Assembly (NCBI GenBank): GCA_001189275.1
Contig: CP012158.1
Span: 1,323,704 to 1,355,703, forward strand
Direction of reading: 5' to 3'
DNA from: Pyrobaculum sp. WP30
GTDB taxonomy: Archaea > Thermoproteota > Thermoprotei > Thermoproteales > Thermoproteaceae
DNA: 32,000 bases
A model generated the notes under the pieces. That model did not search any database, had not been told where the DNA came from, and saw only the letters and a list, made by a program, of their open reading frames with translations. This document shows, piece after piece, positions 16,434-26,322 of the stretch (position 1 is the first letter of the stretch; each line of letters opens with the position of its first letter). The position numbers and the translations under genes are program-made.

Positions 16434-18191
16434 ATGCGTCGAGCTGAGTTGCTGGAGGAGATCGTGAAGCGTAGGCTGTTCTACTGGCCGTCTGCAGAGA
16501 TCTACGGCGGCGTGGCTGGCTTCTACGACTACGGACCGCTAGGCCTCGCCATGAGGCGCAACATCGTGGAGAAGTGGCGGAGGACCTTCGTCTTGCCTTA
16601 CCAAGACGTGATTGTGGAGGTGGAGACTCCCATCGTCATGCCCGAGCCCGTCTTCAAGGCCTCCGGCCACCTAGACCACTTCACAGACTTCGTGGTGGCG
16701 TGTACGAAGTGCGGCAGGAGGTACAGAGCTGACCACCTCGTGGAGGAGGAGCTGGCCAAGAGGGGGGTGAAGATCTCGACTGAGGGCATGTCTGCCGAGG
16801 AGCTTCAACGACTTATCAACGAGCACAAGATAGTGTGTCCCGCCTGTGGGGGCCCCCTGGGCGGCGTGGAGCGGTTTAACCTCCTCTTCAAGACCACGAT
16901 CGGCCCCTACAGCGAAAACGCCGGCTACCTCAGGCCGGAGACGGCGCAGGGGATCTTCGTGGCTTTTCCGCGGCTTGCCGAGTACGTGGGGCGGAGGCAC
17001 CCCTTCGGCGTGGCGCAGATCGGGAGGGTAGCGCGCAACGAGATCTCGCCGCGCGGCGGGTTGATAAGGCTGAGGGAGTTCACCCAGATGGAGATTGAGC
17101 TTTTCTTCGACCCGCAGAACCCCAAGTGCCCCTACTTCGCCGAGGTGGAGAACCTAGAGGTGCCCATCGTGCCGGAGGAGCTCGTGGCCAAGGGCCAGGC
17201 CGACCCCCTGGTGCTGACCGCCAGAGAGGTCGTGGAGAGGGGCTACGCCAACGAGTGGATGGCTTTCTTCATGGCATTGGCCGCCAAGTTCCTCAAGGAG
17301 CTGGGGGTGCCGCTGGAGAGGCAGAAGTTCCTCGGCAAACTTCCGCACGAGAGGGCGCACTACAGCGCCAAGTCCTACGACCAGATGGTGCTTACGGAGA
17401 GGTTCGGCTGGGTGGAGGTGTCCGGCCACGCCTACCGCACGGACTACGACCTCTCTGGCCACGGCAAGCTCAGCGGCCACGAGATGACTCTTGAGCGCCG
17501 CCTCCCCGCCCCCAAGGAGGTGGAGGTGGTTAGGCTCTACCCCAACCCTGGCGCGGTTAGGGAGAGGTACGGCGACAAGATGGGGGAGGTCATCAAGGCG
17601 ATGAAGGAGAACGAGTCTGTCATACTGGAGGCGTTTAGGAGCGGGAGGCAGGTGGTAGTCGTGGGGCCCTACGCGGTGACTAGAGACATGGTTTTCATAA
17701 AGAGCGAGAGGCGCAAGACGGATCTGGAGAAGTTCATCCCACACGTGGTGGAGCCCTCTTTCGGCCTCGATAGGATCTTCTACGTGTTGCTGGAATCGGC
17801 CGTCGTGGAGGAGGAGGGGAGGGTTTACCTCAGGCTACCCCCCGACGTGGCGCCCGTCAACGTGTGTATACTGCCCATCGTCAAGAGGCAGGACTACGTG
17901 GAAATCGGAAGAAGGCTCGTGCGGAGGCTGGCCGCCGCTGGGTTCTCCGTTGTGTACGACGACGAGGGCACAATAGGTAGCAGATACGCCTCGTGTGACG
18001 AGATAGGGACCCCCCTCGCGGTTACTATAGACGAGAAGACGCCCGTCGACGGCACCGTGACCATCCGCGACCGCGACACCAAGAGACAGGTGAGGGTGGG
18101 GATAGACGAGGTGGCGGCTTTCGTGGACATGGTCAAGCGAGGAGCCAGCTTCTCAGAGGCGGCAGAGGCCTTGAAGGCGGCGCCGGTGTAA
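16434..18191 (+). CDS. glyS: Glycine--tRNA ligase (archaeal/eukaryotic class II type)
   Basis: YGGVAGFYDYGPLGLAMRRNIVEKWRR, RPETAQGIF and FRNEISPR-type motifs (RVARNEISPRGGLIRLREFTQME), plus a C-terminal anticodon-binding domain. ATG 16434 is preferred over 16395 because the TATA lies inside the longer version. Confidence 0.95.
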   Translation: MRRAELLEEIVKRRLFYWPSAEIYGGVAGFYDYGPLGLAMRRNIVEKWRRTFVLPYQDVIVEVETPIVMPEPVFKASGHLDHFTDFVVACTKCGRRYRADHLVEEELAKRGVKISTEGMSAEELQRLINEHKIVCPACGGPLGGVERFNLLFKTTIGPYSENAGYLRPETAQGIFVAFPRLAEYVGRRHPFGVAQIGRVARNEISPRGGLIRLREFTQMEIELFFDPQNPKCPYFAEVENLEVPIVPEELVAKGQADPLVLTAREVVERGYANEWMAFFMALAAKFLKELGVPLERQKFLGKLPHERAHYSAKSYDQMVLTERFGWVEVSGHAYRTDYDLSGHGKLSGHEMTLERRLPAPKEVEVVRLYPNPGAVRERYGDKMGEVIKAMKENESVILEAFRSGRQVVVVGPYAVTRDMVFIKSERRKTDLEKFIPHVVEPSFGLDRIFYVLLESAVVEEEGRVYLRLPPDVAPVNVCILPIVKRQDYVEIGRRLVRRLAAAGFSVVYDDEGTIGSRYASCDEIGTPLAVTIDEKTPVDGTVTIRDRDTKRQVRVGIDEVAAFVDMVKRGASFSEAAEALKAAPV

Positions 18192-18220
18192 TATTTTTTA
18201 ACAGGTCCTCATGTGGTGCC

Positions 18221-18571
18221 ATGAGTGAGGGCAAAGACGTGGAGAGGGGCAGGAAGTTGCTGATACCGCCGTTCCTCTCGCCCCAGCAGGAGAAGAAGGA
18301 GCAGAAGAAGAGTGAGCGCAGAGCCAGGGTCCGGTCGGCCGGGGAGGTTGAGGAGGGCGTGGCCAAGCTCCCGCCCGACATATACGAAGCTCTTGATAAA
18401 CCGGCCGAGGTGGAGATAGTTGCCCCCGGAGGCTCCTCGCACGAGAAGAAGAAGGCGTTTAGGGCTGTGCCAGACGAGAAGGTTCCAAGCGGCGAGGTGC
18501 ACGTATCTGCAGAGGACCTCAGGGCGTTGGGGGTCGCCGAAAACACAGTTGTGACGGTCAGAAAGAAGTAG
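18221..18571 (+). CDS. Hypothetical protein with Lys/Glu-rich N-terminus and a small beta-barrel-like C-terminal domain
   Basis: 116 aa. The C-terminal part (GVAKLPPDIYEAL...EVEIV...GEVHVSAEDLRALGVAENTVVTVRKK) is reminiscent of AbrB/CDC48-N-type swapped-hairpin or double-psi barrels. Its stop abuts the endA start (TAGATG). Confidence 0.5.
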   Translation: MSEGKDVERGRKLLIPPFLSPQQEKKEQKKSERRARVRSAGEVEEGVAKLPPDIYEALDKPAEVEIVAPGGSSHEKKKAFRAVPDEKVPSGEVHVSAEDLRALGVAENTVVTVRKK

Positions 18572-19123
18572 ATGAGCGGAGTCCTCAGGGGACTCGCCGT
18601 AGTCGTGGAGGACGTAGAGCTTGCCCGGAGGCTCTACAGGGAGGCGTTCTACGGGAGGTTTCTAGGCCACGACAAGGTCAAGAGAGAGGAGGTGGATAAG
18701 GTCGACGCGCCGCTGATCCTGGCGCTGTATGAAGCTCTATACCTCGCACAAGGAGGCAGAATAAAAATCGTAGATGAAGAAGGCAGGGAGGTGCCGCACC
18801 AGCGGCTTGCGGAGCTCGGCAGAGAGAAGATTAGGAACTTCGACGAGATCTACAAGATCTACAGATACTTCCGGGACCTGGGCTACGTGGTCAAGAGCGG
18901 GCTTAAATTCGGCGCCTTGTTCTCAGTCTACGAGAAGGGCCCGGGGATAGACCACGCGCCGATGGTCGTGGTGTTTCTAGAACCCGACAAAGGCATCTCA
19001 GCCACAGACATCACACGTGGCGGGAGGCTGGGCCACAGCGTAAAGAAGACCTTCACCCTGGCCACGGTGTTGAGGCAGACCGGCGAGGTGGTGCTCCTCG
19101 GCTTCTCCTGGGCCAAACTTTAA
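18572..19123 (+). CDS. endA: tRNA-splicing endonuclease, catalytic subunit
   Basis: [36 protein letters not shown] ... [10 protein letters not shown] carries the Tyr/His/Lys catalytic residues in the EndA arrangement. 183 aa. Confidence 0.85.
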   Translation: MSGVLRGLAVVVEDVELARRLYREAFYGRFLGHDKVKREEVDKVDAPLILALYEALYLAQGGRIKIVDEEGREVPHQRLAELGREKIRNFDEIYKIYRYFRDLGYVVKSGLKFGALFSVYEKGPGIDHAPMVVVFLEPDKGISATDITRGGRLGHSVKKTFTLATVLRQTGEVVLLGFSWAKL

Positions 19124-19128
19124 AAATA
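19118..19128 (+). promoter_or_regulatory. BRE/TATA element for the 206-aa gene
   Basis: ctttaaaaata lies about 18-28 nt upstream of the ATG at 19146 and overlaps the endA stop. Confidence 0.5.
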
Positions 19129-19145
19129 GAAGTCGATACGGCTTC

Positions 19146-19766
19146 ATGGCAACGGCAAGCAGGGCATCCCTACCAGAAGAAATCTACCTAAGATCGCTCA
19201 CCGGCTACTTGGTGGGGCAGAACCTGGTGGAGGGCTACAAGAAGGTGGCGGTGATCACGTATCCAGACAGGATATGTAGCGCCATGGCCGCTGCGCTTAT
19301 GACGTCTTACATCTCCAAGGGCAACTACAGAGACGGCGCAGGCGCCGTGTTTACATACGAGGAGGGCAAAGAGGCCGAAATAGCCCAGAAAGTTCAGGAA
19401 TACGGCGCCGACGTGGTCTACATCTCGTTCGGCGGCGAGCAGAAGATGAGCTACGTCGCCGAGATCGCTAAGAAGACTATTGCGGCGCTCGCGCAGGCCG
19501 GCTACAAAGGCGCCCTAGGCATCCACGTAAGGGTCTGGCTCGCCACTAAGCAACTCTCCAACGTCCTCGCCGATGCGGCGCTGGCGAAGTACCTCGCCTC
19601 CCTGCCCGAGATAAGGCTGTTCACCGCCGACGTGCCAAACAGGAAATTCCTATTCCACAAGGTGAAGATAGAGGGCAACGCCGCCAAGCCGGAGAAGTAT
19701 AGGGAAGTGGAGATAACGGCGGAGCACGCAAAACTGCTATCGATTTCGCTACCGCCCCCGGAGTAA
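19146..19766 (+). CDS. Hypothetical alpha/beta protein (206 aa)
   Basis: Coding-like composition and its own TATA. No family recognised by eye. Confidence 0.55.
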   Translation: MATASRASLPEEIYLRSLTGYLVGQNLVEGYKKVAVITYPDRICSAMAAALMTSYISKGNYRDGAGAVFTYEEGKEAEIAQKVQEYGADVVYISFGGEQKMSYVAEIAKKTIAALAQAGYKGALGIHVRVWLATKQLSNVLADAALAKYLASLPEIRLFTADVPNRKFLFHKVKIEGNAAKPEKYREVEITAEHAKLLSISLPPPE

Positions 19767-20162
19767 TTAATCTATTTTTAACTCGGCGACTCCGTACTCA
19801 CCCGCTTTTGTCACCACTATCTGTAATACTCCGTCTCTGTAGACGGCTCTTGCGCTGTCTACCCTGAGCCTAAACGGCACCTCTATCTTCCGCAGGACGG
19901 GGAAGTTCGAGATCCGCTCTCTCCTCAGCGGCTTCCCAGCCGCCTCGGCCTGGACAGGCGCTGCGGAGATCTCGATAGATCTGTCATACACCCTCACCCT
20001 GATGTTTTCCTTCTTCATCCCCGGCATGTCTATGTATACGACCAGGTTCTCCCCCACGTCGTATATATCCACGTCTGGTTGCCTCTCCACTTTGCCCGTA
20101 TTTGTGTCGTATAGCTCCTTCAAGCCCTCCTCGATTTTCTTTACCGGTTCCATGTGTTTCAA
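19767..20162 (-). CDS. hsp20: Small heat shock protein (Hsp20 / alpha-crystallin family)
   Basis: DVDIYDVGENLVVYIDMPGMKKENIRVRV...IEISA...F.RKIEVPF...A.YRDGVLQIVV is the alpha-crystallin domain pattern. Confidence 0.9.
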   Translation of the reverse strand: MKHMEPVKKIEEGLKELYDTNTGKVERQPDVDIYDVGENLVVYIDMPGMKKENIRVRVYDRSIEISAAPVQAEAAGKPLRRERISNFPVLRKIEVPFRLRVDSARAVYRDGVLQIVVTKAGEYGVAELKID

Positions 20163-20373
20163 GGGCCTCTGCTTAAAATCGAAGGGACTGTAATACCTAA
20201 ATAGTTGGTTATCATCACATAATCCGCCGCGCCGGGGGTAGACAGCTCCTGATCTATGGCTCCGGCACGTTGAAGGCCGTGTGTTATGTTGGTGATTGGT
20301 TGCGCAGTGGTTTGTGGCGTTGTGTCGCTTGTTTAGGGCTAGGCAAAATCCTGGTAAAAATTGTGTAGTGGGA

Positions 20374-20595
20374 TTATTTTGGCTGTACGACCCCTATCAC
20401 CTCGCCGTACATGTTTATAGGGAAGGAGCGGCCGCACTTGGGGCAGTTGATGCTGAAGCCGATGTTGTACCAGCTCTCGCCTATCTCCACCTCGAACTTG
20501 TGTTTGCAGTAGGGACAAGTCGCCCGCACCTTCAGCGTTTTCTCCAGCTCACCACCTGCATACTCCCAGTCCTCGGGGAATTCCTGAGCGACCAT
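20374..20595 (-). CDS. Small zinc-ribbon protein (73 aa)
   Basis: MVAQEF...CPYCKHKF...CPKCGRSF has two CxxC pairs. The start is set at ATG 20595. The longer ORF-track version runs antisense through the nitroreductase gene. Confidence 0.6.
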   Translation of the reverse strand: MVAQEFPEDWEYAGGELEKTLKVRATCPYCKHKFEVEIGESWYNIGFSINCPKCGRSFPINMYGEVIGVVQPK

Positions 20596-20614
20596 GGGTC
20601 CCCGTATCAATACT

Positions 20615-20624
20615 GATATAAATC
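20615..20624. promoter_or_regulatory. Shared bidirectional TATA region (zinc-ribbon gene / nitroreductase)
   Basis: gatataaatc lies midway between the starts at 20595 (-) and 20642 (+). Confidence 0.45.
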
Positions 20625-20641
20625 TTTTGTCCCCAGCCGCC

Positions 20642-21358
20642 GTGGAGTTCTTCGAGGTTGTAGAGAGGAGGCGGTCGATAAGGCGGTTTAAGAGGGTGAA
20701 GATCCCTGAGGAGGACGTGAGGAGGATAATGGAGGCGGGCAGGGCCGCGCCGACAGACGCCACGTTGCATCTTTGGTCCGCTGTGCGCGTCGTGGACGAG
20801 GGCAAGAAGGCTGAGATAGCCAGGCTGATAGGGCAGCCACACGTGGAGGAGGGGTCGGACTTCTTTGTCTTTCTTGCGGATCTCTACAGGTTGAGGGAGT
20901 TGCTGAGGTTTAGGGGTAGGGATCTGGCCGAGGATCGGCTTGCCCTCCTTGTCTTCGCGGCTGTAGATGCCGCCTTAGCCGCCGAGAACATGGCCCTTGT
21001 AGCAACTGCGCTGGGGTACGGCAGTTGTTTCATAGGGGCTGTGCAAAACGCGGCTGGGGAGATCGTGAAGTTGCTTGGGTTGCCGCCTCTGACTTATCCG
21101 CTTTTTGGCTTGGTGGTGGGGGTGCCTGACGAGGATCCTCCGCCGCGGCCGCGCCTGCCGCTTGAGATGTTGTTTCACGAAGGCGCGTACCGGAGGTACG
21201 CGGAGGAGGAGCTGGCCGCCGCCTTTAGGATCATGGCGAAGGTCACGAGGTCGGGGGATTGGTTGAGGCTTCTGGAGAGATACGCTGGGAGAGGGGGTTA
21301 CTTCGAGGCGCGTGGCGGGGAGATGCGGAGGCTGTTGAGGGAGCTAGAGTTTTTATAA
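20642..21358 (+). CDS. Nitroreductase family protein
   Basis: FFEVVERRRSIRRFKRVKIPEEDVRRIMEAGRAAPTDATLHLWSAVRV is the canonical nitroreductase N-terminus. I prefer GTG 20642, downstream of the TATA, over ATG 20594. Confidence 0.85.
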   Translation: MEFFEVVERRRSIRRFKRVKIPEEDVRRIMEAGRAAPTDATLHLWSAVRVVDEGKKAEIARLIGQPHVEEGSDFFVFLADLYRLRELLRFRGRDLAEDRLALLVFAAVDAALAAENMALVATALGYGSCFIGAVQNAAGEIVKLLGLPPLTYPLFGLVVGVPDEDPPPRPRLPLEMLFHEGAYRRYAEEELAAAFRIMAKVTRSGDWLRLLERYAGRGGYFEARGGEMRRLLRELEFL

Positions 21359-21376
21359 TTGCGAGATTGGTGTGGC

Positions 21377-21712
21377 ATGGCAACTATCAGAGGCGTGGTG
21401 GTGTCTAAGCAGCTGGTCTACGACCCGACAGGCGCCCGCTATGTAAAGATAGACATAGTCGAGGAGAGGGAGTTGCCCGGCCCAGTTGCGGCTTTTTCCG
21501 CGCAGGACGAACAGGCGGCGCAGCTGATGCGGGAGGTTATGCCGTTGGTTAGCCAAATCGTCAGGTCTCTGCCGTTTGGGGGTGGCAAAATAGCGGTGCC
21601 CCGCATTACGCTTTGGCTTACCGACGAGGAGGTGGAGGTCTTCGGCGACGTGGACGTGGGCGACGCGGTGATCATATACGTTGAGAACAACGAAATTAAA
21701 CTAAAGCCGGAA

Positions 21713-21718
<6 letters not shown>
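21377..21718 (+). CDS. rkd-1: Arcadin-1-like protein (gene immediately upstream of crenactin)
   Basis: 113-aa ORF with its own TATA (tttttataat, about 25 nt upstream of ATG 21377). The assignment rests on its conserved position upstream of crenactin, not on recognised motifs. Confidence 0.55.
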
Positions 21719-23038
<1,320 letters not shown>

Positions 23039-23039
23039 C

Positions 23040-23654
23040 GTGGATTTCGTAAAGTTGCTTCTTGTTAAGTATTTTTCCGAAACTCTCGGCATGAGATACG
23101 TGGGCGAGAGCGGCGGCGTCGTGTGGTTTGAGGAGGGTCTCAACAGGGTGGCGGTGTCGCCGTACTTCGCCGAGGTCTACGAGGAGGCGGAGGTTTATAA
23201 ACGCGTCGGCGAGCTGATGGGCGCGGCCGCCGCCAAGGTGTACCTAGCGGTACTGCCCGAGGCGTCTCCCTTCGTGGACCCCAGATACTTCAAAAACCAA
23301 GGCGTTGGCCTAGTGGTGGTGGACCCCGCCAAGGGGCCCGACGGCGTGGAGATCAAGATCTTCGCAAAGCCGCGCCCGGCGCCCGCCGCCGACTTGGGCA
23401 GGGTTGCCGAATCCCTCAAGGCGTCTCTCGCCGAGCACCTAGACGTGCAGTTGAAGAAGCTGGAGGCTTCTCTGTATGAAAAACTGCGACGCTACGTAGA
23501 CGAGAAGATTGAAGAGATGCGCCGCCAGCTTCTGGCGCCTGCCAGACCTGAGACGGCGCCGAAGCCTCCCGAGGCCCCCCCGCCGGCTCCGCCCAGCTCC
23601 GTGACTGACAACGAGTGGGTGCGTATCTTGCGGTCTAGGAGGAGGGAGGGTTAA
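23040..23654 (+). CDS. rkd-2: Arcadin-2-like protein
   Basis: 204 aa. GTG start lies 1 nt after the crenactin stop. N-terminal globular part, a charged helix, a Pro-rich linker (PETAPKPPEAPPPAPP) and a short amphipathic basic tail (DNEWVRILRSRRREG). Confidence 0.7.
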   Translation: MDFVKLLLVKYFSETLGMRYVGESGGVVWFEEGLNRVAVSPYFAEVYEEAEVYKRVGELMGAAAAKVYLAVLPEASPFVDPRYFKNQGVGLVVVDPAKGPDGVEIKIFAKPRPAPAADLGRVAESLKASLAEHLDVQLKKLEASLYEKLRRYVDEKIEEMRRQLLAPARPETAPKPPEAPPPAPPSSVTDNEWVRILRSRRREG

Positions 23655-23664
23655 TATATAAGTC
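23650..23664 (+). promoter_or_regulatory. TATA element for the 56-aa ORF
   Basis: gttaatatataagtc lies about 18-32 nt upstream of the GTG at 23682. Confidence 0.45.
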
Positions 23665-23681
23665 TCTACCACCTGTGTTCT

Positions 23682-23852
23682 GTGGATATATTGATTGAGG
23701 AGGTTGGGAAGGTCTTTGGTCATACAGACGAGGGGAGGCTGGCGGAGAGGCTTATTTCGGCGTATCGGGCGGGGGGTCCCAGCGCCGTTAAGGCGGTTCT
23801 GGTGGAATACCTAAAGACGCTGGGGGTCGATGTGGAGGCTGGAGAGGATTGA
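23682..23852 (+). CDS. rkd-3: Small ORF (56 aa), candidate arcadin-3; absent from the ORF track
   Basis: Manual translation: (M)DILIEEVGKVFGHTDEGRLAERLISAYRAGGPSAVKAVLVEYLKTLGVDVEAGED. It fills the gap between rkd-2 and rkd-4, has its own TATA and overlaps the rkd-4 start by 23 nt. Confidence 0.45.
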   Translation: MDILIEEVGKVFGHTDEGRLAERLISAYRAGGPSAVKAVLVEYLKTLGVDVEAGED

Positions 23853-26214
23853 GCTGGATAATTTCAGGTCCTATAGGGGGAGACACGTCGTCGAGTTCGG
23901 AGGGGTGAATGTGGTCTGGGGGCGGATCGGCGCCGGCAAGACCTCGCTCCTATACGCGGTGGAGTTCGCTTTGTTCGGGAGACAGCTGGAGGTGAAGGAG
24001 AGGGTGGCGAAGCTCATGGATTTGATAAACACGGAGACGCAGGAGATGAAAGTGGCTGTGACGCTTAAGAAAGACGGCGACGTCCTCAGGGTAGAGAGGC
24101 GGCTTAGCCGCCGCGGCGTAGAGAAAGTGATGCTTGTGCACAACGGGGTGGAGTTAAGGGGGAGGGAGGCCGAGGAGAGGTTGAAGGAGTTGCTACACGT
24201 CGACGAAGACGTATACGAGAGGTTGATCTACATATCACATAGAACGCTTGAGGGCTTTATCTACGGGACTACTCAGAAGAGGGCGTTGTCTGTCGATAGG
24301 CTGTTTGGGATAGACATAATAGACGGCGTCGTGAAGACTTTGACCTCTTTAGAAAAAGAGTTGTTGAAACAGGCGGAGGAGTTAAGGAGACGGCTCTCGG
24401 CCTACGAGAAGTACAAGGACGTGATGAGACGCTACGGCGGGTACGGCGGCGTCGTTTCGCGGCTTGAGACAGTGAAGAAGGAGATAGAGACGCTTAAGGA
24501 GAGGGAGAGGCGCCTCGCCGAAGAGGCGGAGGAGCTGGCCAAGAGAAGAACGGCCTATTTGACTAAGCTGAAGGAGGGCGAGGCGTTGCTTATTGAATAC
24601 TACAGAGCCAAGTCTGAATTGGAGCTTTTGGAGTCTGCCGCTGGCGGCGAAGAAATCGACGTGACAGTTCTGGAGAAGATAAGAGAAGCCCTAAGAGAGG
24701 CTCTGGAGGAGTATGAACATATGCTCCCTCATCAGCTCGTCGAGAGGTTGGAGTCGGCCCGCGACTTGGAGACTCTCTCGGCGGCGATGGCCGAGGCCTA
24801 CGACGCCCTTGTTAAATTATCTAAAGACATAGAGTCCCAGATATCCGACACGAAGAAGCTCTACGATCTCTACGTCGCCAAGGTGAAGAAGATAGAGGAG
24901 GAGATAGGCGACGCAGAGGCTAAACTTCGTAGGCTCGAGAAGCAGTATCTAAGATTTAAAGAACTTCAAAAGTCCTTCCAATCTCTGGAGGCCGCCAGAT
25001 CCGCATTGGCTGAGCACCGGAGGAAGCTGGCAGAGGTTGAGAAAGCCGTCTCCTTTTCTTCAGCCGTGAGAACAGTGGCGCTGTACATAGCCGAGACGGG
25101 GTTGGAGAGGTGTCCCATATGCGGCGCGCCCGTAAGCCGAGAGGCCGCGGCGGCTGTGGCGAAGGAAGTTGAGGCTAAATTCGGCGATTTAATACGCGAA
25201 GTTGAGGCGCTTAGGGAGAAGGTGAGGGAGTTAGAGAGGGCTGTGGAGGAGATGGAGACGTTGAGCGGCGACGTGGCGGAGTACCTAGCCACTAAGACTC
25301 GGCTAGAGGAGCTCCAGCTTGAGAGAGAAGAAAATGTGAAGAAGGCTTTACAGGCAGAGAAGGCTTTGAGGCAACTTGAGAAGAGGGCTGAGAGGCTTCG
25401 TCTCCTCCTCTCAAGAATAGACAGACGCACCATCTCAGAAGCGGTGTCTAAATACGCGAGGAGCCTTAAGGCACGAGATTTAAGACGCCGCCTAAAAGAG
25501 CTCGAGGCCCAGCTGAAAAACGCAGGTTTAACCGACGAGGCGCTCACGGCTGAAGTCCGCTGGCGCGAGGTGGCTGAGGAGCTGGAAAAAACGTCCAACC
25601 GCCTGACGGAGCTCTATAGGGAAAAAACCATGTTGGAGGAGGTGACGCGGGAGGTCGGCGGAGACGCCGACCTCCTGAAGAAGAGACTTGACAATGTGTT
25701 ATACGCTTACAGCCGGCTACAAGAGGTTAAGGCTAAGCTGGAGCTGGTAAAGGTGAACGCCAGGGCGAAGCTGTTGGAGACCGCAAAGGCTCGATTCAAC
25801 GAGACTTTTCTCGCACTTTATAAATACGGCGACATTGTGAGGGTGAATGCCGACTTAGAACAACGTAGAGGCTACTACGACTTCTACGCAGTGACCCCCA
25901 CGGGGGATAGATATGGAATTTCTAAACTCAGCGACGGCCAGAGGCTATCTATTGCGTTGGCGTTGGCCCTCGCCCTGAGAGATATAGCGAAGACAGACGT
26001 GGGGTTTATCATGTTTGACGAGCCCATCCCCTACGTCGACGTCAACATCAGAAACGCCTTTGTGGAGCTTGTCAAGACGCTTTCGGCACAGTATCAAATC
26101 GTAGTGGCGACCCAGTCCAGAGACTTCGCAGATATGTTGAAGCAAGCAGTGCCCAGCGCCAAGTTCTTCACTGTGACCAAGAAAGAGAGCTCCGAAATAA
26201 AAGAAGTGGCCTAG
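23830..26214 (+). CDS. rkd-4: Arcadin-4-like SMC/Rad50-type coiled-coil ATPase
   Basis: 794 aa. Walker A GRIGAGKTS at the N-terminus, about 550 aa of heptad-rich Glu/Lys/Arg/Leu coiled coil with a central CPICG (nt 25111-25122), then signature-like LSDGQRLSIALALALAL and Walker B FIMFDEP at the C-terminus. Confidence 0.8.
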   Translation: MWRLERIELDNFRSYRGRHVVEFGGVNVVWGRIGAGKTSLLYAVEFALFGRQLEVKERVAKLMDLINTETQEMKVAVTLKKDGDVLRVERRLSRRGVEKVMLVHNGVELRGREAEERLKELLHVDEDVYERLIYISHRTLEGFIYGTTQKRALSVDRLFGIDIIDGVVKTLTSLEKELLKQAEELRRRLSAYEKYKDVMRRYGGYGGVVSRLETVKKEIETLKERERRLAEEAEELAKRRTAYLTKLKEGEALLIEYYRAKSELELLESAAGGEEIDVTVLEKIREALREALEEYEHMLPHQLVERLESARDLETLSAAMAEAYDALVKLSKDIESQISDTKKLYDLYVAKVKKIEEEIGDAEAKLRRLEKQYLRFKELQKSFQSLEAARSALAEHRRKLAEVEKAVSFSSAVRTVALYIAETGLERCPICGAPVSREAAAAVAKEVEAKFGDLIREVEALREKVRELERAVEEMETLSGDVAEYLATKTRLEELQLEREENVKKALQAEKALRQLEKRAERLRLLLSRIDRRTISEAVSKYARSLKARDLRRRLKELEAQLKNAGLTDEALTAEVRWREVAEELEKTSNRLTELYREKTMLEEVTREVGGDADLLKKRLDNVLYAYSRLQEVKAKLELVKVNARAKLLETAKARFNETFLALYKYGDIVRVNADLEQRRGYYDFYAVTPTGDRYGISKLSDGQRLSIALALALALRDIAKTDVGFIMFDEPIPYVDVNIRNAFVELVKTLSAQYQIVVATQSRDFADMLKQAVPSAKFFTVTKKESSEIKEVA

Positions 26215-26322
26215 TCGTATTTTCAGATAGGCCTACAGCAAGCCGAAACGTCAGCGCTCCAGACCACGGTCATAGTTCACAGGCCCCACTTTTAATCTCA
26301 TCACATAGCAGACTCTCCACTC

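Noticed and set aside
17154-17744. 196-aa ORF antisense to glyS, plus several other 60-130-aa ORFs overlapping glyS
   Set aside because: glyS has unmistakable class II synthetase motifs in the + frame. The overlapping frames are Arg/Gly/Pro/His-rich shadows.
20286-20345. Strongly G/T-skewed 60-nt tract (gtgtgttatgttggtgattggttgcgcagtggtttgtggcgttgtgtcgcttgtttaggg)
   Set aside because: It lies in the 3' region of the zinc-ribbon gene and has no repeat unit, promoter or stable structure that I could identify. Probably a 3' UTR or terminator-proximal composition effect.
24966-25598. 210-aa Ser-rich ORF on the minus strand
   Set aside because: It is the antisense shadow of the GAG/GAA/AAG-rich coiled-coil region of arcadin-4, and its composition (poly-Ser/Leu/Ala) is an artefact of that.
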